Source: an uncultured delta proteobacterium (GTDB lineage Bacteria; Desulfobacterota; Binatia; UBA9968). Taken from it: 64,000 bases of DNA. This document shows, one piece after another, positions 19,322 through 29,731 of the stretch (its first letter is position 1; every line of letters starts with the position of its first letter). The notes below the pieces were generated by a model, which searched no databases, had not been told where the DNA came from, and saw nothing but the letters and a program-made list of their open reading frames with translations. The stretch covers positions 128,001 through 192,000 of the forward strand of contig CAWFJP010000002.1 in the NCBI GenBank assembly GCA_963816145.1, read 5' to 3'. Both the position numbers and the translations under genes were made by a program.

Positions 19322-19609
19322 TCAATGGCCGTCGGGTATCAGCGGCAGTTGGCTGGGGGGGAGCGGCTGTGCTGTCGGTGGAACCAAGAGGATTTGCTCG
19401 TCGTTTTCTAGTCGGAATTGCCGCCCAGTTTTTAGGCAGAACGCCTTGTGGCCCTGTAGCGATAGTGCTTGCGGCGGCATCGAACGGCCGACAAAGAACT
19501 CGGCGAGGCTTTGTTTGCGATCCGGCCCCTGAGTCAAGTGAATCTTGGTGTGGATCGTGTGCTCGCGTTTGCAGTCGTCGCAACGGAAGTAGATCTCGTA
19601 GGCCGGCAT
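19322..19609 (-). CDS. Small hypothetical protein, possible Zn-ribbon
   Basis: YFRCDDCKREH and FCLKTG motifs; fills the gap between convergent and divergent neighbours. Confidence 0.6.
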   Translation of the reverse strand: MPAYEIYFRCDDCKREHTIHTKIHLTQGPDRKQSLAEFFVGRSMPPQALSLQGHKAFCLKTGRQFRLENDEQILLVPPTAQPLPPSQLPLIPDGH

Positions 19610-19860
19610 AGATCTCATCTACCACTACGCCGACGGTTTGCCAAGTTTGAAAGCGACTATTTTGGCGCACGATCCGCTTGTTTTCGGTCGCCCTTCGGGC
19701 GACATCTTGTGCGCATTGAGATTGTTGTCTCTTGGTCTGTCTCGGTTGCGTGATTTTGCCTAGGTTGTCCGGTTGCGACCGCGAAGATTGACAGTGCGAA
19801 ATGCTTCAAGCTAGATAGATTATTCGATTCATCAAAGCCGAAAGGTGGCGGACTCAAAAC

Positions 19861-20667
19861 ATGGCGATCAAGTCAATGGGAATCGTCGGATGTGGTGCGA
19901 TTGGCCAGGCGCTGGTGCGCGCGGTGGAAGCGGGCAAGCTCGCGGTGCGCATCGCCGGCGTCACCAGCCGGTCGGAGAGGCGCGCACGGGAATTTCTCGA
20001 GGCGTTTAACAATCCGCCGCCTTATCTGCCGTTGAACGAGCTGATCGACGACTCCGACCTACTTGTCGAAGCGGCGGGCGGCCATGTGGTCGCAGAGCTA
20101 GCGCGCAAGACTTTCGCCGCCGGGAAAGATCTCATGGTCATCAGTGTCGGCGCCTTGCTCGAACATCCCGAGATAATGGCGCAGTCGCGGCGCACCGGAT
20201 GTCATCTCTATGTTCCATCGGGCGCTATCGCTGGGCTTGACGGCATCAAATCCGCTTGTGTCGGCGCGATTACCCATGTAACGCACACGACGCGCAAACC
20301 GCCGTTGGGGCTTGAGGGCGCGCCGTATTTGGTCGAGCGCGGCATTTCGCTTGTCGGCTTGCAGGAAGAGACAGAGGTCTTCTTCGGCTCGGCGCGGCAG
20401 GCCTGCCGCGGCTTTCCCGCCAACGTCAACGTTACCGGCGCCGTAAGCTTGGCGGGCATCGGTCCCGACGAGACTCGCGTGCGTATCCTCGCCGTGCCCG
20501 GCTTGTCGCGAAACTGCCATGACATCGACGTCGAAGGCGAGTTCGGCAAGCTGCATGTGCATATCGAAAACATTCCAAGTGAAAATCCCAAGACCGGCAA
20601 GCTGACCGCCATGTCGATCGTGCGCGCGGTGCAGGATGTCATCGACCCGGTGCGGATTGGCAACTAG
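19861..20667 (+). CDS. nadX: L-aspartate dehydrogenase
   Basis: GIVGCGAIG, VEAAG, SVGAL, PSGAIAGLD, FPANVNV, NPKT. Confidence 0.92.
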   Translation: MAIKSMGIVGCGAIGQALVRAVEAGKLAVRIAGVTSRSERRAREFLEAFNNPPPYLPLNELIDDSDLLVEAAGGHVVAELARKTFAAGKDLMVISVGALLEHPEIMAQSRRTGCHLYVPSGAIAGLDGIKSACVGAITHVTHTTRKPPLGLEGAPYLVERGISLVGLQEETEVFFGSARQACRGFPANVNVTGAVSLAGIGPDETRVRILAVPGLSRNCHDIDVEGEFGKLHVHIENIPSENPKTGKLTAMSIVRAVQDVIDPVRIGN

Positions 20668-20704
20668 CCGATGGTCGTTCACGTCGCCATCCGCAATGAA
20701 GATT

Positions 20705-20823
20705 TCACCACGAAGGTCTCGAAGGACGTGACCGATTCGTCATGCCCAGATGCGTATCGCTTGCTAACGAACGAAGAATCTCGCGAGACTTCGACTGACT
20801 GCTCTTCGTGTCCTTCGTGGTGA
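20705..20823. repeat. Inverted arms with CACGAAG/CTTCGTG 9-nt units
   Basis: tcaccacgaaggtctcgaagg ... cttcgtgtccttcgtggtga. Confidence 0.7.
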
Positions 20824-20839
20824 GTGAGACGGTCAGTTC

Positions 20840-22440
20840 ATGAACAACAGCGATCTCATCGTCCGCACACTTGAACAGGCCGGGGTGCGTTGGGTGTTCG
20901 GTGTTCCGAGCGGGCCGGTATTGCCATTGATCGAAGCGCTGCGCCAGCAGTCCGCGTGGCTTTCGTGCTCACGGCGAGCGAGACTTCGGCGGCGTTTATG
21001 GCTTCGGCGGTCGGTTATTTGACCGGCGTTCCCGGTGTCTGTGTTTCCACGGTGGGACCCGGCGCGACCAATCTAACCACCGGTGTTGGCTGCGCTTGGT
21101 TGGACCGCGCGCCGATCTTGGCGATCACTTGCAACGTCGCAACCCCTTGGCTCAAACGGCGCATTCAGATGCGTATCGATCATCACAAGCTGTTCGAGCC
21201 GCTGACCAAGGCTTCGTTTGCTTGCCGTCATGGAAACGTCGGCGCGATGTTCGCCGAGGCGATTGTCATCGCGACCCATGAACCGCCGGGGCCGGTGCAT
21301 CTCGATCTTCCCGAGGATGTCGCCCAGGCGGCGGCGCAAGAATCTCGGAGCTCGCAAACGGCACCAGCGGCGCTTGCAGATTTGTCGAGGGAAGCCGTCG
21401 CAGCCATTGCCGAGGCTTTGAAAGATGCCAAGCGCCCGTTGTTGATTACCGGATTGTCGTTTACCCGCAGCGCGGCGAGTCAGTCTCTGCGCCAATTCGT
21501 CGAGCGGCAACGGATTCCCTTCGTCACGACTTTGCATGGCAAAGGTTTCTTACCGGAGAGCCATCCAAACTATGCCGGCGCAATCGGCCGGGCGCGGCGC
21601 AGCGATGTGAAAAAATTCACCGACCAAGCCGACCTCATCCTTGCCGTCGGATACGATCCCATCGAGATCAACTACGAAGAGTGGGTGAAGCCGGGGACGC
21701 CGATCGTCCACGTCAGCAGTGAAGCGGCCGAGCAAGGCAGCGGCTTGAATCTGCTTTGGAACAAGGCATGCGACTTGGACGCGGCGATTGGCGCGATGAG
21801 CGCGATCGATGCGGCAAGCAATCGCTGGTCATCGCAGGATTTCCGCGACCATCGCGACGCGCTGGACCAAGCGCTCCGCCCAGCCAGCGCTGGCTTTGCC
21901 CCGTTCCAAGCTTTGGATGTTCTGCGCGGAAAGTTTCCCGCTGACGGTATCCTCGCTTACGATGTCGGCGCCCATACCCATCAGATCGCCTCGCAGTGGC
22001 GCACCGATCAGCCGCGCACTCTGCTTGCCACCAACGGATGGTCGTCGATGGGCTACGGCATGCCGGCGGCGTTTGCGGCGAAAATAGTTTATCCCGATCG
22101 TGCAGTGGCCTGCGTGGTCGGCGACGGCGGATTTCAGATGACTGTTGGAGAGCTGGCATTGGCACGCCGCTTGAACTTGGCCGTGCCGGTGATTGTCCTC
22201 AATGACGGCTGGCTAGGCTTGATGAAGGTCAAACAGGAAAAGCGCAGCTATCCGCTTTCGGGTGTGTATCTCGGCGCGCCGCCGCAATCGCCGGCGCATT
22301 ATTTCGGCGTGCCCTGCCGCGCCGCGAAATCTCCCGGTGAATTCCGCCAAGCTCTCGATTGGGCGTTTGCCCTCGGCGGGCCGAGCGTCATCGAAGCGTT
22401 CGTCGACGCTGAGACCTATTCCGCCACCGTTTTCGATTGA
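20840..22440 (+). CDS. Thiamine-pyrophosphate-dependent enzyme, acetolactate synthase-like (frameshifted near 20950)
   Basis: VFGVPSG in the first frame; ETSAAFMA, GPGATN, PGPVHLDLP, SMGYGMP, GDGGF...N in the second frame. Confidence 0.88.
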
Positions 22441-22449
22441 ACCCACTTC

Positions 22450-23670
22450 ATGTCTGACACCGCTCCCGCGCGCGATAGTTTTCGCTGGGCCATCCTCGCG
22501 CTGGTGAGCGTTTCCCATGTGATCGGCGCATCGGCGCAATATGGCATCAATACCTTGGCGCCGTTTTACCAAGACGAGCTCGGGCTTTCGCGCGCGCAAG
22601 TGGGGCTGTTCTTCTCGGCCTTTTACTTGGCGATGACCGGCGCGTCGTTCGTCGCCGGCTGGCTGGCCGACCGTCTGGGCGTGCGCAATACGACTCTGCA
22701 AGGTCATCTGATCGTCGGCGTCTGTACTGTCGCTGCATCCTTCGCGCCGTCCTTCGCCTGGGCATTCGCCTGGTTTTTTCTCTGTGGCTTGGGCTACGCC
22801 TATCTCAATCCGGCATCGACCAAAGGCGTGATGGCGTGGTTTTACCGCGACGAGCGAGCGACGGCGATGGGTATCAAGCAGACCGGGGTTCCCACCGGTG
22901 GGTTCGTCACCGCGTTAGTCGCGCCGCCGTTGGTTTTGGTCGTCGGCTGGCGCGGCGCCTTCGTCGCATTGGGCGTAATAAACTTTTTCTTCGGCTTTGT
23001 TTTTTCGTTTCTCTGGCGGGAACCCTTCAATGGTGCGGAACCTGGCGTGGTGAAGCAACAGGCACAAACCCCGGTTCACACGCCGCTCAACGTCGGAGGT
23101 TTTTTACCGGCAAGCTTCGGCACGGCGATTTTTCTGATCGGGCAGATGGCGCTGATTACCTACGTGCCGCTATATCTCAAAGAGTCGATGGGATTCTCAC
23201 CCTATTGGGCGAGCCAAGCGCTGGCGATTGCCCAAGGCGGCGCGATGGTTGGCCGGGTGGGTTGGGGTGTGGCCAGCGACCGGATCTTCGGCGGCCGGCG
23301 CAAGATCGTGCTGATCATCATCGGCCTGTTGAGCATCGTGCTGATGACCGGATTGAGCCTCATGACCAGGCAGTCATCGATCCCTTTACTGTTGGCGATC
23401 GTTTTTCTATCCGGACTGTGCATCGTCGGCTATCAAGGGGTTTCCTACGCCCTGATCGGCGAGCTCGCCGGCACAACTCGAACCGGCGTGGCGATGGGGC
23501 TGATGATTACCATCAATGCCGGCGCGGCCACGCTCGGCACGCCGCTGTTCGGCTACATCGTCGATCGCACGGGTTCCTACGCGCTCGCTTGGCAGTGCCT
23601 TGCAGGCGCTATCGCGCTCGGCTGCGTCGGGATGGCGATCTTTCTCAAAGAGACTGTGCGCACCCGTTAG
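22450..23670 (+). CDS. MFS transporter
   Basis: About 12 TM helices, motif A GWLADRLGVR, WF..ERATAMG, second-half SDRIFGGRR. Confidence 0.92.
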   Translation: MSDTAPARDSFRWAILALVSVSHVIGASAQYGINTLAPFYQDELGLSRAQVGLFFSAFYLAMTGASFVAGWLADRLGVRNTTLQGHLIVGVCTVAASFAPSFAWAFAWFFLCGLGYAYLNPASTKGVMAWFYRDERATAMGIKQTGVPTGGFVTALVAPPLVLVVGWRGAFVALGVINFFFGFVFSFLWREPFNGAEPGVVKQQAQTPVHTPLNVGGFLPASFGTAIFLIGQMALITYVPLYLKESMGFSPYWASQALAIAQGGAMVGRVGWGVASDRIFGGRRKIVLIIIGLLSIVLMTGLSLMTRQSSIPLLLAIVFLSGLCIVGYQGVSYALIGELAGTTRTGVAMGLMITINAGAATLGTPLFGYIVDRTGSYALAWQCLAGAIALGCVGMAIFLKETVRTR

Positions 23671-23710
23671 CGTAGCGCATGCTTATCAAGCGAAGCGGCT
23701 TGCCGTGATG

Positions 23711-24532
23711 TTAGTTTGTCAGTCCGAGGCTCGCCGGCAGTGTCGTGAGATCGGCCCGCACATGCTTGATACCGGGGACCCCTTCGATGTGGGTGACCAC
23801 CTGGCGCGCGGTAACCCATTCCGGCACTGTTCCGCAGACGAAAACATCGCCGTCGTTGGCATCGATCTCAACGCGCACTTGAGACAAGTCTTCGGCGAGC
23901 GCCAAGGTGGCGCGTACACGGGACGCCAAGGCAAAATTTTCAAAGGCCCGCTTGGAGGCCGGGGTCATTTGATAGTCCGGCGCGTGGGCGGCATCGACGA
24001 TCAATTGTTTCGCTGTCGTTAAACTCATGTGGCCGAGATTGACGACGAGGTCGTAGCGGCTCGCATCGCGCCAATCGGTGCCGAACATACCTTGCAGCCG
24101 GCGTGTGCGCGCCTTGTCGACCTCCTCGACGTAACGGCGCGCGGCGAGTTCATTGAGCTTGTGGCGTGCGCGCACTTGCTCGACGCGCATTTCCATGGGC
24201 GCGGTGAGCAGGACTTTGAGAACATGTTGAAATTTCGGAACTAGCTCGTGGCCCAGATGGCCGTGGTAGACGACGCCTAGATCGCGGGCGAGCTCGCAGA
24301 AGGCCGCTTGTAAAGCGATGCGATAGGGGTCGAGATTGTGCGTGAAGCTCGCCCACCAGCTCGGTTCCCGCTCGACGATGTCATTGAGTTTGGTTTCGGG
24401 GATGCCGTATTGCAGACTCGCCTGGACAAGCACTTCGCGGTCGACGCAGCCATAGCCCAACGCTTGGGCTACGCTATCGGCCAACTCTTCACCGCTGCCG
24501 GATGCACCCTGGTAGATGGTGATGATTTGCAT
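23711..24532 (-). CDS. Cytidylate-kinase-like family protein with C-terminal BON domain
   Basis: IITI...GSG, VVYHG, LKVLLTAP, YDLVVN; C-terminal V.IDANDGDV.V.G.V...VPGIK.V. Confidence 0.8.
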   Translation of the reverse strand: MQIITIYQGASGSGEELADSVAQALGYGCVDREVLVQASLQYGIPETKLNDIVEREPSWWASFTHNLDPYRIALQAAFCELARDLGVVYHGHLGHELVPKFQHVLKVLLTAPMEMRVEQVRARHKLNELAARRYVEEVDKARTRRLQGMFGTDWRDASRYDLVVNLGHMSLTTAKQLIVDAAHAPDYQMTPASKRAFENFALASRVRATLALAEDLSQVRVEIDANDGDVFVCGTVPEWVTARQVVTHIEGVPGIKHVRADLTTLPASLGLTN

Positions 24533-24621
24533 GGTTTCCTCCTCCGCGGTACCGCTTAGGGTCAATCCCGGGCGACACGGCGAACATCGGACTCGATGCG
24601 TTAACGGTCCCCGACGTTAAC

Positions 24622-25110
24622 TCAGTGGACGAGAACTCGTGGCAGCACCAGGCCTTCGCGAAACGCCTCGGCCGCTTCGTCCTCGAACAACGGTCCGACA
24701 ACTTCTACAGAGTGAGTGCCTCTGGCGAGGACATCGGCGCAATGTTCGAAAAGCTGCTCCGAACGATGACCGATCAGCTGCCTGAGCCGGTCATTGCTGA
24801 GACCGAATACCACGCGGCCCACGCCGCTCCAAAAAATCGCCCCAGCGCACATCGGGCAGGGCTCGGCACTAACATAAAGCGTGCAATAGGCCAGCAGGTG
24901 GCGGGGAAACTGCTGCGATGCTTGGGCGAGCAGCCGGGTTTCGGCGTGGCCGGTGCAGTCGTGGGTGACGTTCTCGATATTTTCCGCTTCGATCAAGATT
25001 CGGCCGCGATTGCTGACCAGGACAGCACCGAACGGACGGTCGCCGTGGTCGCGCGAACGTTCGGCGACCATCAAGGCATAGCGTAAATAACGATGATCCG
25101 CTTCGATCAT
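24622..25110 (-). CDS. Zinc-dependent nucleoside/nucleobase deaminase
   Basis: PFGAVLV, HAE, EPCPMC. Confidence 0.92.
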   Translation of the reverse strand: MIEADHRYLRYALMVAERSRDHGDRPFGAVLVSNRGRILIEAENIENVTHDCTGHAETRLLAQASQQFPRHLLAYCTLYVSAEPCPMCAGAIFWSGVGRVVFGLSNDRLRQLIGHRSEQLFEHCADVLARGTHSVEVVGPLFEDEAAEAFREGLVLPRVLVH

Positions 25111-25186
25111 AATCTTCTCCCCGGCCGATCTGTATGAAACTTCGGTAGTCCGTTATCGGACTGAAATCATTCCGACGTCAAGAATG

Positions 25187-25221
25187 GCGAGGGCGCCCCT
25201 TGGTGAATAGGGCGCCCTCGC
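25187..25221. terminator. Strong GC hairpin (terminator or RNA structure)
   Basis: gcgagggcgccc (25187-25198) / gggcgccctcgc (25210-25221), a perfect 12-bp stem; no clear U-tract. Confidence 0.5.
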
Positions 25222-25443
25222 GGCGCATATGCGCTCTTGACTGCTATGTTCAATTTACCATCGGAGCCGCGATCAGCGGTCTGATAGGTTTCGATCCGAA
25301 TTGCGCTCACGTGAGTAATCTCCGCGTGTCATACTACCTGCGACCTTCCTTAATATGTCGCCAAGGCGACGCTTTGCCTACAGGCAATTTAGTTGAGGTC
25401 CGGTTAGTTAACGCCGCTGCGTGAGGCGGGATATGGTTCCGGG

Positions 25444-25500
25444 TCAAAAACCGCCCGCCGACAGCGGGCAGGAGTGGTTCGGTGGATTTCCGTCTTGCAT
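25444..25500 (-). CDS. Candidate 18-aa small ORF / leader peptide MQDGNPPNHSCPLSAGGF
   Basis: AAAGGAGGT SD at 25508-25516, 7 nt before the ATG; upstream TTGACA-17-TAGAGC. Confidence 0.4.
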   Translation of the reverse strand: MQDGNPPNHSCPLSAGGF

Positions 25501-25590
25501 AGCAAAGACCTCCTTTCACACCTTGGGGCTTAACTGTTTTCCGCGATCCACTCGCCCCTACGCCTGGCAGCGTTCAGTGAATCTGCTTCC

Positions 25591-25651
25591 GCTCTACGTC
25601 TGCGCAATATGAATGTCAAGAGCAAAAAATATTCGTGCAAAAAATATTCGT
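25591..25651 (-). promoter_or_regulatory. Candidate promoter plus tandem 15-bp direct-repeat operator
   Basis: Minus-strand TTGACA at 25614-25619, -10-like TAGAGC at 25591-25596; gcaaaaaatattcgt twice at 25622-25651. Confidence 0.45.
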
Positions 25652-25746
25652 CGTCCAACGATTCGCTTTATCGTTTGTGACGAGCCCACGACCAACCAGG
25701 TTGACTTCACGGCGCGGCGGAGCTTTACTTTTTGTCAGCCAATCTT

Positions 25747-26358
25747 ATGCCTCGCGAAGCGGAGGTGAATCTGCAGCGCAACGGGTTTTTCTGGGGGGTG
25801 GCCTTGCTGTTGTTCGTGACTGCTCCAGTGATGAGCGCGGAGCCAGAGCGGTCGAGGCCGCCGATACCCGAAGAGTTGTCCGAGTCTTGGGAGCGCTTTC
25901 AACGCGCGCTGCACGAGTGGGGCGGGCGCATGTGGGAGCGCTTGGGACCGCGCGGGGCCCGCGAAGATCGCCCAGTGATCAGTCAAATGCTCAACAACAA
26001 AGAGGCGTTGGGGCTTTCCTCGGATCAAGTGCGCCGGCTGGAACAGTTGCGCGATAATTTTCAGCGCCAGACGATCCGTAACGAAGCGGACTTACGCATC
26101 GTGGAGCTCGATATCGCAGCCCTGCTGGATAGCGAGCCAGTGGACATGACCAAGCTCGAAACGAAAATGCGCGAGGAAGAAAAGCTCCGCACCGATCTGC
26201 GGATCGCGCGCATTCGCGCCATTGAGCAAGGTAAGGCGCTGCTCAACGCCGATCAAAAGAAAAAGTTGACCGAGCTGATGCGCCAATCGCTAACGCTGCA
26301 ATATCCCAAGGCAAGTCAAAACCCTTTCGCTACGGAACGAGGACAACCTTCCCGGTAG
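25747..26358 (+). CDS. Spy/CpxP-like periplasmic helical protein (heavy-metal sensor family)
   Basis: Signal-like segment, LGLSSDQ...L and [10 protein letters not shown] (LTxxQ-type) motifs; exact start uncertain. Confidence 0.8.
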   Translation: MPREAEVNLQRNGFFWGVALLLFVTAPVMSAEPERSRPPIPEELSESWERFQRALHEWGGRMWERLGPRGAREDRPVISQMLNNKEALGLSSDQVRRLEQLRDNFQRQTIRNEADLRIVELDIAALLDSEPVDMTKLETKMREEEKLRTDLRIARIRAIEQGKALLNADQKKKLTELMRQSLTLQYPKASQNPFATERGQPSR

Positions 26359-27298
26359 TCTTTCTGCCCTCCAACAACCGATGCGCCTGGGCGGCGTCGT
26401 GCAGCGCGAGAGTACTTTCGATGCGCAGCTTAAGTTTGCCGTTCGCCTTCCAATTGAACAAATCGTTGGCGCGCTGCGTTAATTCATGTCGATCGAGCAG
26501 GTAGTGCGCCAGGGTTGGGCGGGTGAGAAAGAGCGACCCCTTCGCGGCCAATTTGCCTGGATCGAGCGGCGCCACCGGACCGCTCGACTGGCCGAAGAGC
26601 ACAAGGTAGCCGCGCGGGCGCAGACAATCTAGACTCTTGTCGAACGTGGTCGCGCCCACCGAGTCGTAAACCACATGAACGCCCTTGCCATCGGTGAGTT
26701 TCTTCACCTCAACGAGAAAGTCGCTCTGTGTGTACACAATTACTTCGTCCGCGCCGGCTTGTTGCGCAAGCTGCGCTTTTGCTTCGGTGCCGACCGTGCC
26801 GATGACGCGCGCGCCGCGCATCTTGGCGATTTGAATCAGCAACAGCCCAACGCCGCCTGCTGCGGCGTGAACTAGCGCGATGTCGGGCTTTTTCAATTCG
26901 TAGGTGCTGTGCGTTAGATAGTGTGCTGTCATGCCTTGCAGCATCAGCGCGACTGCCGACTTTGCGTCGATATTCGCCGGCAGAAGCGCTAGCTTCGTCG
27001 CCGGTACGATGGCGTACTCAGCATAGGAGCCAAGAATCATCGCGTAAGCGACACGGTCGCCCACTTTCACTTCAGTGACACCCTCGCCGACAGCATCGAC
27101 GATGCCGGCGCCTTCCATGCCTAACGTGAACGGCGTCTGCAGCGGATAGAATCCAGTGCGCTGATAGATGTCGATGAAGTTGAGACCGATCGCCTCGATC
27201 CTAACCCGTGTTTCGCCGGTCTTGGGTTCGGCGATAGTGACGTCTTCGTAAGATAAAACTTCTGGACCGCCGTATTGGTGAATGCGGATTGCTTTCAT
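26330..27298 (-). CDS. qor: NADPH:quinone oxidoreductase (zeta-crystallin family)
   Basis: [41 protein letters not shown]. Confidence 0.93.
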   Translation of the reverse strand: MKAIRIHQYGGPEVLSYEDVTIAEPKTGETRVRIEAIGLNFIDIYQRTGFYPLQTPFTLGMEGAGIVDAVGEGVTEVKVGDRVAYAMILGSYAEYAIVPATKLALLPANIDAKSAVALMLQGMTAHYLTHSTYELKKPDIALVHAAAGGVGLLLIQIAKMRGARVIGTVGTEAKAQLAQQAGADEVIVYTQSDFLVEVKKLTDGKGVHVVYDSVGATTFDKSLDCLRPRGYLVLFGQSSGPVAPLDPGKLAAKGSLFLTRPTLAHYLLDRHELTQRANDLFNWKANGKLKLRIESTLALHDAAQAHRLLEGRKTTGKVVLVP

Positions 27299-27788
27299 GA
27301 TTGAATCTCCCCTCAGCATCGATTGTTTACGGCCTATCCGGTTGAAAACAGAAATTCAATGAACCTGCCTCGAGCTCGGCCGGCGCGGTGAAGTTTCTCT
27401 GGCAGACGAGACCACGAACGTGACGGTCCGCGCAGACGTGTTTAGGCAAAGTTTTCCATGCAAGTGATCAAAAGCGGCTTGGATATGCTTTCGCTGCAAT
27501 ACCCGCAGCCCAAGCAAACCGATCCGAACTTGATTTTCGATTCATCGCTGTTCAGACGTATCGACCAAAGCGGTTTCAACGATGCGCTTTTAAAGAAGTA
27601 AAATCGCCACGTGCCAGTTTTAGGATTTGCTCCCGTATATTAATTCTGCCCATGGTTCGGAGGTTGAGGTAGACTGGAGAAAGCGCGGCCAGCGGCCTTT
27701 TCCCGGTTTGTGGTTTTCTGCGGGAGGGTGTTAGAAAGTATCTAGCTTGGCGGATTAGCGGGCGCATCAACCTCTCGTCGTCTGGAAC

Positions 27789-28801
27789 TTGTTAATGTTT
27801 ACCAAATTTGGATTCTCGTCTTTGGCCCATTGGTTCGCGCTCCTCGCGCTCACGTTGACCATGCTCGTTCATAGCGGTGTCATGGTTTGGGCCGCGGAAT
27901 CGCTTCGCCTCGGTTTTTCCGGAGCGACCGCAACCCAGTTGGCGGGCTCACTGGCGGTCGAGCATAAACTGTTCGAGCTTTACGGCGCCAATGTTGAGTT
28001 TATCCAATCGGCGGGCACGACCATGATTCGCGCTCTCGATGCCGGCAGTCTGGATGTCACCATCGTCGGCGGCGGGCAGGCGCTGAGCGCTTATCTCAAA
28101 GGCGTTGAGGTGCGCATCATCGGCGGGCTCGTCAATACCGTTCCCTATCAACTATGGGCGAAGCCGGAAATCGTGCAGCTCAAGGATCTCAAAGGCAAGA
28201 TGATCGCCAACACGCCGCCGGGCACGTCGCTCAACTTGGCCGCGGCGGTTTTACTGCAACGCGCGGGGCTTGATCCGTTGCGGGATGTCAAGCTGATCGC
28301 ATTCGGCCGATTGGGGTTGGTTGCCCAGTCACTTTTCACCGGCGTGGTCGATGCCGCGCTGTTGTCGCCGCCGGAAACTATCGAAGCGAAAAAATTGGGA
28401 CTGCGCATGATCATCGATCTCGCCGCCGCTCGGATTCCATGTATGTTCACCTCGGTGGTTACCACCCGAACGGTACTGGAACAATCGCCGCTCGGCGCTG
28501 ACGCGATTTCTCAAAGGGCTCTTACATGGGCTGAAACTTGCGTTGACCAATCCGGATATGGCAAAAAAGACCATCAGTCGAGAGCATGCGGCTCAGCGAT
28601 CCGGAGGCGATCGAAGAGGTTTATCAAAGAGTCGTGGTGCTCTACGAGCGTATGCCGATGGTGCCGAAAGAGGCGTTTGATACCGTGGTCAAGCTGTCAC
28701 CTGAGTCGTCGAATCGAAGTCCGTTCGGCGTTCTGGACCTGAGCCTGCTCGAGCGCATCGATAAGGAAGGTTTTGTGCGGTCACTTTATGCCACAAAGTA
28801 G
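27789..28801 (+). CDS. NMT1/SsuA-like substrate-binding protein (two frameshifts, about 28495 and 28582)
   Basis: DLKGK, GLDP..DV, DAALLSPP; intermediate frame LTRFLKGLLHGLK; final frame DLSLLERIDKEGFV. Confidence 0.78.
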
Positions 28802-28821
28802 AAAAACTTTTGGAGGTAGTC

Positions 28822-29670
28822 ATGGCAGATATCCGAGGCGTTGGCAAAAAAATCACCTATAGCGAGGACAATCCGATCAGCGCGGAGTTGGAGGAGTTTC
28901 GTAAGAGCCGCGATCATGTGAAGCGCCCTCCTAAAGACGACGAGGAGCGCGAACGATTGGCCCGTTGGCTGGGCCATCGCGGCCGCGACGAACTTGAGAT
29001 CACCGTCGGCACCGCTTGCTACGCCATGGCCCATTTCGAGATGGACGCCGAGTGGCGCCATCATCTCGGCGAACATATCGGCACGGAAGCGGGCCACGGC
29101 TGGGGGTATATCCGGCAAGCGAATTCGATTGACCCGCGCCGCGACCACTCTAAGGCCGACCCGGAGTTCGAGCGTCAATACGGCCTGACGCCGCGCACCG
29201 AGCACCACCAAATCATGAAGCGCGATTTTCTCAGTTACATTTTTTCCGGCAACCTTTGGCCCTACGGTCATTGCACGGCGGCGAGCATACAGAGCATTCA
29301 AATCACCACACCCAAGTTGCTCGATTTCGAAGAGCGCGTAGTGCATGCCGAAGAGCGCACCCACCACGACGCAATCTTGCAGAAGATTCACGACCATGTC
29401 TGGGAACAGATCGAGATTTACGGCGAAGCGCCGATTCGCCGGCGCATCGGCGAGATTGAAAAGCAGGCGCTCAACAGCCGGCCGCGCACGGTTTTCGATC
29501 CGCCGCGTCGCGACTTCCTGCGTAAATATTTTAACGTGCCGGTGGATAACGTGCGCTTTTTCCCGGCTTGGCGCGAGTATCTCTATTTGAATGTTCTCGG
29601 TTTCCCGCCTGAGCCGGTTCATATCGATAATTGGCCGGCGGAAGTTCCCCAACCCAAAGCCGTAGCTTAA
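28822..29670 (+). CDS. Ferritin-like (putative di-iron) protein of unknown function
   Basis: Helical protein with DE...EAGH and EERTHH motifs; GGAGG SD. Confidence 0.65.
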   Translation: MADIRGVGKKITYSEDNPISAELEEFRKSRDHVKRPPKDDEERERLARWLGHRGRDELEITVGTACYAMAHFEMDAEWRHHLGEHIGTEAGHGWGYIRQANSIDPRRDHSKADPEFERQYGLTPRTEHHQIMKRDFLSYIFSGNLWPYGHCTAASIQSIQITTPKLLDFEERVVHAEERTHHDAILQKIHDHVWEQIEIYGEAPIRRRIGEIEKQALNSRPRTVFDPPRRDFLRKYFNVPVDNVRFFPAWREYLYLNVLGFPPEPVHIDNWPAEVPQPKAVA

Positions 29671-29731
29671 GCGGATCGCCGTTATTCGCCGATGTTGAGC
29701 AAATAAAAAAGCCATCAGCCAAGGAGGAGTT

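Noticed and set aside
25200-25620. tmRNA, 6S or SRP RNA in this gap
   Set aside because: No tRNA-like ends, tag peptide or SRP loop recognised; kept only as an unclassified RNA/sORF candidate.
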